Part shown: positions 15,301 through 27,855 of the stretch, piece by piece | How the letters are laid out: every line of letters starts with the position of its first letter | Position numbering within the stretch: position 1 is the first letter of the stretch | Origin: Balanoglossus misakiensis | Taxonomy: Eukaryota > Animalia > Hemichordata | DNA length: 64,000 nucleotides | Direction: 5' to 3' | NCBI GenBank assembly: GCA_040954595.2 | Contig: CM082598.2 | Span: 310,001 to 374,000, forward strand | The notes under the pieces: model-generated | Databases searched by the model: none | What the model was told of the DNA's origin: nothing | What the model saw: the letters and a program-made list of their open reading frames with translations, nothing else | Position numbers and translations under genes: made by a program

Positions 15301-18300
15301 CATAAAAATCATGGGTTATAGCCCATGAAAATCATCCGAAAATGACACTTTTTCCACTTTCCGAAATTTCAAAATTTATCCATTTTTTCATAAAAAGCAT
15401 GGGTTATAGCCCATGAAAATCATCCGAAAATGACAATTTTTCCACTTTCCGAAATTTCAAAATTTATCCATTTTTTCATAAAAAGCATGGGTTATAGCCC
15501 ATGAAAATCATCCGAAAATGACACTTTTTCCACTTTCCGAAATTTCAAATGTTATCCATTTTTTCATAAAAATCATGGGTTATAGCCCATGAAAATCATC
15601 CGAAAATGACAATTTTTCCACTTTCCGAAATTTCAAAATTTATCCATTTTTTCATAAAAATCATGGGTTATAGCCCATGAAAATCATCCGAAAATGACAA
15701 TTTTTCCACTTTCCGAAATTTCAAAATTTATCCATTTTTTCATAAAAATCATAGGTTATAGCCCATGAAAATCATCCGAAAATGAAAATTTTTCAATTTA
15801 TCCATTTTTTCATAAAAATCATGGGTTATAGCCCATGAAAATCATCCGAAAATGACATTTTTTCCACTTTCCGAAATTTCAAAATTTATCCATTTTTTCA
15901 TAAAAATCATGGGTTATAGCCCATGAAAATCATCCGAAAATGAAAATTTTTCCACTTTCCGAAATTTCAAATTTTATCCATTTTTTCATAAAAATCATGG
16001 GTTATAGCCCATGAAAATCATCCGAAAATGACAATTTTTCCACTTTCCGAAATTTCAAATTTTATCCATTTTTTCATAAAAATCATGGGTTATAGCCCAT
16101 GAAAATCATCCGAAAATGACAATTTTTCCACTTTCCGAAATTTCAAATTTTATCCATTTTTTCATAAAAATCATGGGTTATAGCCCATGAAAATCATCCG
16201 AAAATGACAATTTTTCCACTTTCCGAAATTTCAAAATTTATCCATTTTTTCATAAAAATCATGGGTTATAGCCCATGAAAATCATCCGAAAATGACAATT
16301 TTTCCACTTTCCGAAATTTCAAAATTTATCCATTTTTTCATAAAAATCATGGGTTATAGCCCATGAAAATCATCCGAAAATGACAATTTTTCCACTTTCC
16401 GAAATTTCAAAATTTATCCATTTTTTCATAAAAATCATGGGTTATAGCCCATGAAAATCATCCGAAAATGACACTTTTTCCACTTTCCGAAATTTCAAAA
16501 TTTATCCATTTTTTCATAAAAAGCATGGGTTATAGCCCATGAAAATCATCCGAAAATGACAATTTTTCCACTTTCCGAAATTTCAAAATTTATCCATTTT
16601 TTCATAAAAAGCATGGGTTATAGCCCATGAAAATCATCCGAAAATGACACTTTTTCCACTTTCCGAAATTTCAAATGTTATCCATTTTTTCATAAAAATC
16701 ATGGGTTATAGCCCATGAAAATCATCCGAAAATGACAATTTTTCCACTTTCCGAAATTTCAAAATTTATCCATTTTTTCATAAAAATCATGGGTTATAGC
16801 CCATGAAAATCATCCGAAAATGACAATTTTTCCACTTTCCGAAATTTCAAAATTTATCCATTTTTTCATAAAAATCATAGGTTATAGCCCATGAAAATCA
16901 TCCGAAAATGAAAATTTTTCAATTTATCCATTTTTTCATAAAAATCATGGGTTATAGCCCATGAAAATCATCCGAAAATGACATTTTTTCCACTTTCCGA
17001 AATTTCAAAATTTATCCATTTTTTCATAAAAATCATGGGTTATAGCCCATGAAAATCATCCGAAAATGACAATTTTTCCACTTTCCGAAATTTCAAATTT
17101 TATCCATTTTTTCATAAAAATCATGGGTTATAGCCCATGAAAATCATCCGAAAATGACAATTTTTCCACTTTCCGAAATTTCAAATTTTATCCATTTTTT
17201 CATAAAAATCATGGGTTATAGCCCATGAAAATCATCCGAAAATGACAATTTTTCCACTTTCCGAAATTTCAAATTTTATCCATTTTTTCATAAAAATCAT
17301 GGGTTATAGCCCATGAAAATCATCCGAAAATGACAATTTTTCCACTTTCCGAAATTTCAAAATTTATCCATTTTTTCATAAAAATCATGGGTTATAGCGC
17401 ATGAAAATCATCCGAAAATGACATTTTTTCCACTTTCCGAAATTTCAAAATTTATCCATTTTTTCATAAAAATCATGGGTTATAGCCCATGAAAATCATC
17501 CGAAAATGACAATTTTTCCACTTTCCGAAATTTCAAATTTTATCCATTTTTTCATAAAAATCATGGGTTATAGCCCATGAAAATCATCCGAAAATGACAA
17601 TTTTTCCACTTTCCGAAATTTCAAAATTTATCCATTTTTTCATAAAAATCATGGGTTCTAGCTCATGAAAATCATCCGAAAATGACAATTTTTCCACTTT
17701 CCGAAATTTCAAAATTTATCCATTTTTTCATAAAAATCATGGGTTATAGCCCATGAAAATCATCCGAAAATGACAATTTTTCCACTTTCCGAAATTTCAA
17801 AATTTATCCATTTTTTCATAAAAATCATGGGTTATAGCCCATGAAAATCATCCGAAAATGACAATTTTTCCACTTTCCGAAATTTCAAAATTTATCCATT
17901 TTTTCATAAAAATCATGGGTTATAGCCCATGAAAATCATCCGAAAATGACACTTTTTCCACTTTCCGAAATTTCAAAATTTATCCATTTTTTCATAAAAA
18001 GCATGGGTTATAGCCCATGAAAATCATCCGAAAATGACAATTTTTCCACTTTCCGAAATTTCAAAATTTATCCATTTTTTCATAAAAAGCATGGGTTATA
18101 GCCCATGAAAATCATCCGAAAATGACACTTTTTCCACTTTCCGAAATTTCAAATGTTATCCATGTTTTCATAAAAATCATGGGTTATAGCCCATGAAAAT
18201 CATCCGAAAATGACAATTTTTCCACTTTCCGAAATTTCAAAATTTATCCATTTTTTCATAAAAATCATGGGTTATAGCCCATGAAAATCATCCGAAAATG

Positions 18301-21300
18301 ACAATTTTTCCACTTTCCGAAATTTCAAAATTTATCCATTTTTTCATAAAAATCATGGGTTATAGCCCATGAAAATCATCCGAAAATGACAATTTTTCCA
18401 CTTTCCTAAATTTCAAATTTTATCCATTTTTTCATAAAAATCATGGGTTATAGCCCATGAAAATCATCCGAAAATGACATTTTTTCCACTTTCCGAAATT
18501 TCAAAATTTATCCATTTTTTCATAAAAATCATGGGTTATAGCGCATGAAAATCATCCGAAAATGACATTTTTTCCACTTTCCGAAATTTCAAATTTTATC
18601 CATTTTTTCATAAAAATCATGGGTTATAGCCCATGAAAATCATCCGAAAATGACAATTTTTCCACTTTCCGAAATTTCAAAATTTATCCATTTTTTCATA
18701 AAAATCATGGGTTATAGCCCATGAAAATCATCCGAAAATGACAATTTTTCCACTTTCCGAAATTTCAAAATTTATCCATTTTTTCATAAAAATCATGGGT
18801 TATAGCCCATGAAAATCATCCGAAAATGACAATTTTTCCACTTTCCGAAATTTCAAAATTTATCCATTTTTTCATAAAAATCATGGGTTATAGCCCATGA
18901 AAATCATCCGAAAATGACAATTTTTCCACTTTCCGAAATTTCAAAATTTATCCATTTTTTCATAAAAATCATGGGTTATAGCCCATGAAAATCATCCGAA
19001 AATGACAATTTTTCCACTTTCCGAAATTTCAAAATTTATCCATTTTTTCATAAAAATCATGGGTTATAGCCCATGAAAATCATCCGAAAATGACAATTTT
19101 TCCACTTTCCGAAATTTCAAAATTTATCCATTTTTTCATAAAAATCATGGGTTATAGCCCAAGAAAATCATCCGAAAATGACAATTTTTCCACTTTCCGA
19201 AATTTCAAAATTTATCCATTTTTTCATAAAAAGCATGGGTTATAGCCCATGAAAATCATCCGAAAATGACAATTTTTCCACTTTCCGAAATTTCAAAATT
19301 TATCCATTTTTTCACAAAAATCATGGGTTATAGCCCATGAAAATCATCCGAAAATGACAATTTTTCCACTTTCCGAAATTTCAAAATTTATCCATTTTTT
19401 CATAAAAATCATGGGTTATAGCCCATGAAAATCATCCGAAAATGACAATTTTTCCACTTTCCGAAATTTCAAATTTTATCCATTTTTTCATAAAAATCAT
19501 GGGTTATAGCCCATGAAAATCATCCGAAAATGACATTTTTTCCACTTTCCGAAATTTCAAAATTTATCCATTTTTTCATAAAAATCATGGGTTATAGCGC
19601 ATGAAAATCATCCGAAAATGACATTTTTTCCACTTTCCGAAATTTCAAATTTTATCCATTTTTTCATAAAAATCATGGGTTATAGCCCATGAAAATCATC
19701 CGAAAATGACAATTTTTCCACTTTCCGAAATTTCAAAATTTATCCATTTTTTCATAAAAATCATGGGTTATAGCCCATGAAAATCATCCGAAAATGACAA
19801 TTTTTCCACTTTCCGAAATTTCAAAATTTATCCATTTTTTCATAAAAATCATGGGTTATAGCCCATGAAAATCATCCGAAAATGACAATTTTTCCACTTT
19901 CCGAAATTTCAAAATTTATCCATTTTTTCATAAAAATCATGTGTTATAGCCCATGAAAATCATCCGAAAATGACAATTTTTCCACTTTCCGAAATTTCAA
20001 AATTTATCCATTTTTTCATAAAAATCATGGGTTATAGCCCATGAAAATCATCCGAAAATGACAATTTTTCCACTTTCCGAAATTTCAAAATTTATCCATT
20101 TTTTCATAAAAATCATGGGTTATAGCCCATGAAAATCATCCGAAAATGAAAATTTTTCCACTTTCCGAAATTTCAAAATTTATCCATTTTTTCATAAAAA
20201 TCATGGGTTATAGCCCATGAAAATCATCCGAAAATGAAAATTTTTCAATTTATCCATTTTTTCATAATAATCATGGGTTATAGCCCATGAAAATCATCCG
20301 AAAATGACATTTTTTCCACTTTCCGAAATTTCAAAATTTATCCATTTTTTCATAAAAATCATGGGTTATAGCCCATGAAAATCATCCGAAAATGACAATT
20401 TTTCCACTTTCCGAAATTTCAAAATTTATCCATTTTTTCATAAAAATCATGGGTTATAGCCCATGAAAATCATCCGAAAATGACAATTTTTCCACTTTCC
20501 GAAATTTCAAAATTTATCCATTTTTTCATAAAAATCGTGGGTTATAGCCCATGAAAATCATCCGAAAATGACAATTTTTCCACTTTCCGAAATTTCAAAA
20601 TTTATCCATTTTTTCATAAAAATCATGGGTTATAGCCCATGAAAATCATCCGAAAATGACAATTTTTCCACTTTCCGAAATTTCAAAATTTATCCATTTT
20701 TTCATGAAAATCATGGGTTATAGCCCATGAAAATCATTCGAAAATGACAATTTTTCCACTTTCCGAAATTTCAAAATTTATCCATTTTTTCATAAAAATC
20801 ATGGGTTATAGCCCATGAAAATCATCCGAAAATGACAATTTTTCCACTTTCCGAAATTTCAAAATTTATCCATTTTTTCATAAAAATCATGGGTTATAGC
20901 CCATGAAAATCATCCGAAAATGACAATTTTTCCACTTTCCGAAATTTCAAAATTTATCCATTTTTTCATAAAAATCATGGGTTATAGCCCATGAAAATCA
21001 TCCGAAAATGACAATTTTTCCACTTTCCGAAATTTCAAAATTTATCCATTTTTTCATAAAAATCATGGGTTATAGCCCATGAAAATCATCCGAAAATGAC
21101 AATTTTTCCACTTTCCGAAATTTCAAAATTTATCCATTTTTTCATAAAAATCATGGGTTATAGCCCATGAAAATCATCCGAAAATGACAATTTTTCCACT
21201 TTCCGAAATTTCAAAATTGATCCATTTTTTCATAAAAATCATGGGTTATAGCCCATGAAAATCATCCGAAAATGACAATTTTTCCACTTTCCGAAATTTC

Positions 21301-24300
21301 AAAATTGATCCATTTTTTCATAAAAATCATGGGTTATAGCCCATGAAAATCATCCGAAAATGACAATTTTTCCACTTTCCGAAATTTCAAAATTGATCCA
21401 TTTTTTCATAAAAATCATGGGTTATAGCCCATGAAAATCATCCGAAAATGACAATTTTTCCACTTTCCGAAATTTCAAAATTTATCCATTTTTTCATAAA
21501 AAGCATGGGTTATAGCCCATGAAAATCATCCGAAAATGACAATTTTTCCACTTTCCGAAATTTCAAAATTTATCCATTTTTTCATAAAAATCATGGGTTA
21601 TAGCCCATGAAAATCATCCGAAAATGACAATTTTTCCACTTTCCGAAATTTCAAAATTTATCCATTTTTTCATAAAAATCATGGGTTATAGCCCATGAAA
21701 ATCATCCGAAAATGACAATTTTTCCACTTTCCGAAATTTCAAAATTTATCCATTTTTTCATAAAAATCATGGGTTATAGCCCATGAAAATCGTCCGAAAA
21801 TGACAATTTTTCCACTTTCCGAAATTTCAAAATTTATCCATTTTTTCATAAAAATCATGGGTTATAGCCCATGAAAATCGTCCGAAAATGACAATTTTTC
21901 CACTTTCCGAAATTTCAAAATTTATCCATTTTTTCATAAAAATCATGGGTTATAGCCCATGAAAATCGTCCGAAAATGACAATTTTTCCACTTTCCGAAA
22001 TTTCAAAATTTATCCATTTTTTCATAAAAATCATGGGTTATAGCCCATGAAAATCGTCCGAAAATGACAATTTTCCACTTTCCGAAATTTCAAAATTTAT
22101 CCATTTTTTCATAAAAATCATGGGTTATAGCCCATGAAAATCATCCGAAAATGACAATTTTCCACTTTCCGAAATTTCAAAATTTATCCATTTTTTCATA
22201 AAAATCATCGGTTATAGCCCATGAAAATCATCCGAAAATGACAATTTTTCCACTTTCCGAAATTTCAAAATTTATCCATTTTTTCATAAAAAGCATGGGT
22301 TATAGCCCATGAAAATCATCCGAAAATGACAATTTTTCCACTTTCCGAAATTTCAAATGTTATCCATTTTTTCATAAAAATCATGGGTTATGCCCATGAA
22401 AATCATCCGAAAATGACAATTTTTCCACTTTCCGAAATTTCAAAATTTATCCATTTTTTCATAAAAATCATGGGTTATAGCCCATGAAAATCATCCGAAA
22501 ATGACAATTTTTCCACTTTCCGAAATTTCAAAATTTATCCATTTTTTCATAAAAATCATGGGTTATAGCCCATGAAAATCATCCGAAAATGACAATTTTT
22601 CCACTTTCCGAAATTTCAAAATTTATCCATTTTTTCATAAAAATCATGGGTTATAGCCCATGAAAATCATCCGAAAATGAAAATTTTTCCACTTTCCGAA
22701 ATTTCAAAATTTATCCATTTTTTCATAAAAATCATGGGTTATAGCCCATGAAAATCATCCGAAAATGAAAATTTTTCCACTTTCCGAAATTTCAAAATTT
22801 ATCCATTTTTTCATAAAAATCATGGGTTATAGCCCATGAAAATCATCCGAAAATGAAAATTTTTCCACTTTCCGAAATTTCAAAATTTATCCATTTTTTC
22901 ATAAAAATCATGGGTTATAGCCCATGAAAATCATCCGAAAATGAAAATTTTTCAATTTATCCATTTTTTCATAATAATCATGGGTATTAGCCCATGAAAA
23001 TCATCCGAAAATGACATTTTTTCCACTTTCCGAAATTTCAAAATTTATCCATTTTTTCATAAAAATCATGGGTTATAGCCCATGAAAATCATCCGAAAAT
23101 GACAATTTTTCCACTTTCCGAAATTTCAAAATTTATCCATTTTTTCATAAAAATCATGGGTTATAGCCCATGAAAATCATCCGAAAATGACAATTTTTCC
23201 ACTTTCCGAAATTTCAAAATTTATCCATTTTTTCATAAAAATCGTGGGTTATAGCCCATGAAAATCATCCGAAAATGACAATTTTTCCACTTTCCGAAAT
23301 TTCAAAATTTATCCATTTTTTCATAAAAATCATCGGTTATAGCCCATGAAAATCATCCGAAAATGACAATTTTTCCACTTTCCGAAATTTCAAAATTTAT
23401 CCATTTTTTCATAAAAATCATCGGTTATAGCCCATGAAAATCATCCGAAAATGACAATTTTTCCACTTTCCGAAATTTCAAAATTTATCCATTTTTTCAT
23501 GAAAATCATGGGTTATAGCCCATGAAAATCATCCGAAAATGACAATTTTTCCACTTTCCGAAATTTCAAAATTTATCCATTTTTTCATAAAAATCATGGG
23601 TTATAGCCCATGAAAATCATCCGAAAATGACAATTTTTCCACTTTCCGAAATTTCAAAATTTATCCATTTTTTCATAAAAATCATGGGTTATAGCCCATG
23701 AAAATCATCCGAAAATGACAATTTTTCCACTTTCCGAAATTTCAAAATTTATCCATTTTTTCATAAAAATCATGGGTTATAGCCCATGAAAATCATCCGA
23801 AAATGACAATTTTTCCACTTTCCGAAATTTCAAAATTTATCCATTTTTTCATAAAAATCATGGGTTATAGCCCATGAAAATCATCCGAAAATGACAATTT
23901 TTCCACTTTCCGAAATTTCAAAATTTATCCATTTTTTCATAAAAATCATGGGTTATAGCCCATGAAAATCATCCGAAAATGACAATTTTTCCACTTTCCG
24001 AAATTTCAAAATTGATCCATTTTTTCATAAAAATCATGGGTTATAGCCCATGAAAATCATCCGAAAATGACAATTTTTCCACTTTCCGAAATTTCAAAAT
24101 TGATCCATTTTTTCATAAAAATCATGGGTTATAGCCCATGAAAATCATCCGAAAATGACAATTTTTCCACCTTCCGAAATTTCAAAATTTATCCATTTTT
24201 TCATAAAAATCATGGGTTATAGCCCATGAAAATCATCCGAAAATGACAATTTTTCCACTTTCCGAAATTTCAAAATTGATCCATTTTTTCATAAAAATCA

Positions 24301-26896
24301 TGGGTTGTAGCCCATGAAAATCATCCGAAAATGACAATTTTTCCACTTTCCGAAATTTCAAAATTGATCCATTTTATCATAAAAATCATGGGTTGTAGCC
24401 CATGAAAATCATCCGAAAATGACAATTTTTCCACTTTCCGAAATTTCAAAATTTATCCATTTTTTCATAAAAATCATGGGTTGTAGCCCATGAAAATCAT
24501 CCGAAAATGACAATTTTTCCACTTTCCGAAATTTCAAAATTTATCCATTTTTTCATAAAAATCATGGGTTGTAGCCCATGAAAATCATCCGAAAATGACA
24601 ATTTTTCCACTTTCCGAAATTTCAAAATTTATCCATTTTTTCATAAAAATCATGGGTTGTAGCCCATGAAAATCATCCGAAAATGACAATTTTTCCACTT
24701 TCCGAAATTTCAAAATTTATCCATTTTTCCATAAAAATCATGGGTTGTAGCCCATAAAAATCATCCGAAAATGACAATTTTTCCACTTTCCGAAATTTCA
24801 AAATTTATCCATTTTTCCATAAAAATCATGGGTTGTAGCTCATGAAAATCATCCGAAAATGACAATTTTTCCACTTTCCGAAATTTCAAAATTTATCCAT
24901 TTTTCCATAAAAATCATGGGTTGTAGCCCATGAAAATCATCCGAAAATGACAATTTTTCCACTTTCCGAAATTTCAAAATTTATCCATTTTTCCATAAAA
25001 ATCATGGGTTGTAGCCCATGAAAATCATCCGAAAATGACAATTTTTCCACTTTCCGAAATTTCAAAATTTATCCATTTTTCCTTAAAAATCATGGGTTGT
25101 AGCCCATGAAAATCATCCGAAAATGACAATTTTTCCACTTTCCGAAATTTCAAAATTTATCCATTTTTTCATAAAAATCATGGGTTATAGCCCATGAAAA
25201 TCATCCGAAAATGACAATTTTTCCACTTTCCGAAATTTCAAAATTTATCCATTTTTTCATAAAAATCATGGGTTATAGCCCATGAAAATCATCCGAAAAT
25301 GACAATTTTTCCACTTTCCGAAATTTCAAAATTTATCCATTTTTTCATAAAAATCATGGGTTATAGCCCATGAAAATCATCCGAAAATGACAATTTTTCC
25401 ACTTTCCGAAATTTCAAAATTTATCCATTTTTTCATAAAAATCATGGGTTATAGCCCATGAAAATCATCCGAAAATGACAATTTTCCACTTTCCGAAATT
25501 TCAAAATTTATCCATTTTATCATAAAAATCATGGGTTATAGCCCATGAAAATCATCCGAAAATGACAATTTTTCCACTTTCCGAAATTTCAAAATTTATC
25601 CATTTTTTCATAAAAATCATGGGTTATAGCCCATGAAAATCGTCCGAAAATGACAATTTTTCCACTTTCCGAAATTTCAAAATTTATCCATTTTTTCATA
25701 AAAATCATGGGTTATAGCCCAGGAAAATCGTCCGAAAATGACAATTTTTCCACTTTCCGAAATTTCAAAATTTATCCATTTTTTCATAAAAATCATGGGT
25801 TATAGCCCATGAAAATCGTCCGAAAATGACAATTTTTCCACTTTCCGAAATTTCAACATTTATCCATTTTTTCATAAAAATCATGGGTTATAGCCCATGA
25901 AAATCATCCGAAAATGACAATTTTTCCACTTTCCGAAATTTCAAAATTGATCCATTTTTTCATAAAAATCATGGGTTATAGCCCATGAAAATCATCCGAA
26001 AATGACATTTTTTCCACTTTCCGAATTTTCAAAATTGATCCATTTTTTCATAAAAATCATGGGTTATAGCCCATGAAAATCATCCGAAAATGACAATTTT
26101 TCCACTTTCCGAAATTTCAAAATTTATCCATTTTTTCATAAAAATCATGGGTTATAGCCCATGAAAATCATCCGAAAATGACAATTTTCCACTTTCCGAA
26201 ATTTCAAAATTGATCCATTTTTTCATAAAAACCATGGGTTATAGCCCATGTAAATCATCCGAAAATGACAATTTTTCCACTTTCCGAAATTTCAAAATTT
26301 ATCCATTTTATCATAAAAATCATGGGTTATAGCCCATGAAAATCATCCGAAAATGACAATTTTTCCACTTTCCGAAATTTCAAAATTTATCCATTTTTTC
26401 ATAAAAATCATGGGTTATAGCCCATGAAAATCATCCGAAAATGACAATTTTTCCACTTTCCGAAATTTCAAAATTGATCCATTTTTTCATAAAAATCATG
26501 GGTTATAGCCCATGAAAATCATCCGAAAATGACAATTTTTCCACTTTCCGAAATTTCAAAATTTATCCATTTTATCATAAAAATCATGGGTTATAGCCCA
26601 TGAAAATCATCCGAAAATGACAATTTTTCCACTTTCCGAAATTTCAAAATTTATCCATTTTTTCATAAAAATCATGGGTTATAGCCCATGAAAATCATCC
26701 GAAAATGACAATTTTTCCACTTTCCGAAATTTCAAAATTTATCCATTTTTTCATAAAAATCATGGGTTATAGCCCATGAAAATCATCCGAAAATGACAAT
26801 TTTTCCACTTTCCGAAATTTCAAAATTTATCCATTTTTTCATAAAAATCATGGGTTATAGCCCATGAAAATCATCCGAAAATGACAATTTTTCCAC
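9386..26896. repeat. 88-bp satellite DNA array, right domain (ATCCGAAAATG variant, with interspersed 70-bp deletion monomers)
   Basis: Same monomer with A>G in ATCC(G)AAAATG; about 200 copies. 18-bp-deleted monomers occur, e.g. 10741-10810. The array ends abruptly at ...TTTTTCCAC 26896. Confidence 0.98.
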
Positions 26897-27372
26897 GCCG
26901 ACAAACATTAGGTGATTTCAGAAATTCGTGTTGGTGATTCTCTGATTCCCGTCCATTGTCAGGCTAAGAGAGCCTTGGAGTGATCCTTGACTCTTGTCTG
27001 ACAATGAAGCCACATATTTGACAGATCTGCCGCTCTGCCACTTTTCATTTACGTCGCAATCTGCTACAGAGCAATTAGTTCATGCATTCATTACTTCTCG
27101 AATTGATTCATGTAATTCACTTTTATTTGGGCTCCCGAAGTATTCAATCAACCGTATTCAACGCGTTCAGAATATAGCTGCTAGAATTGTTACTCGTTCA
27201 AAAATCACCTGTCACATCACTCCAATTTTGTATCAGTTGCACTGGCTACCTGTTACAGAGCGTATTGTTTTTAAGATGTTAGTTCTCATTTTTAAATCCA
27301 TTCATAAACTTGGTCCAATCTATCTTTCTAACATGACTAATATATATGTTTCGTGTCGCAATTTCAGGTCAG
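26897..27372 (+). mobile_element. Degenerate non-LTR retrotransposon (L2/CR1-group) ORF2 C-terminal fragment
   Basis: Frameshifted translation LGVILDSCLTMKPHI...TEQLVHAFITSRIDSCNSLLFGLPKYSINRIQRVQNIAARIVT...HITPILYQLHWLPVTERIVFK matches the conserved post-RT region of L2/CR1-group LINEs. It has a stop and frameshifts. Confidence 0.85.
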
Positions 27373-27855
27373 CCCTCGGTGTTTTTAGAGAGATTGTGGC
27401 CTGTTGTGTGGAGTCAGGCTTTCTTCCCTGCTTCACCGAAAGGAATATTGTCTTTGTTTTGCATATTAATTAGCAAATATTTATAGATTTGGTAATAAAT
27501 GTGGTAGGTGTGTAAATTGCTATTTGTGGGGTGGTGGGTCTATATGCTGGTCACCCCGACCAATAGTTGTGTTTCCTCAGCTAACTTGTAGGGTCCCACC
27601 GCATACCGCACTTTAGTAGCAGTGCTAAAAAGAAAATTAAAATTGTTTTTTTTCGTCAGTCCCTGGTCGAAATCAAACTCATATCGCAGAAAACATTCGA
27701 TGTACGAGAGCCTTCCCTTGCACATAGACAGTGGTACACTCAATGCTTAAACTAAATATTGACCTAGATAAACTCTGACTCTGCTCACGTGATTCGAGCG
27801 CTTTGTTCACGTGAGTGTTGGTGACTTGCGTCGAGATATAGATCAGTACACTACA

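Noticed and set aside
1-26896. CRISPR array
   Set aside because: Monomers are contiguous with no unique spacers, there are no cas genes, and the context is eukaryotic.
26994-27473. 159-aa ORF as a host gene
   Set aside because: TTG start; it is a frameshifted LINE remnant.
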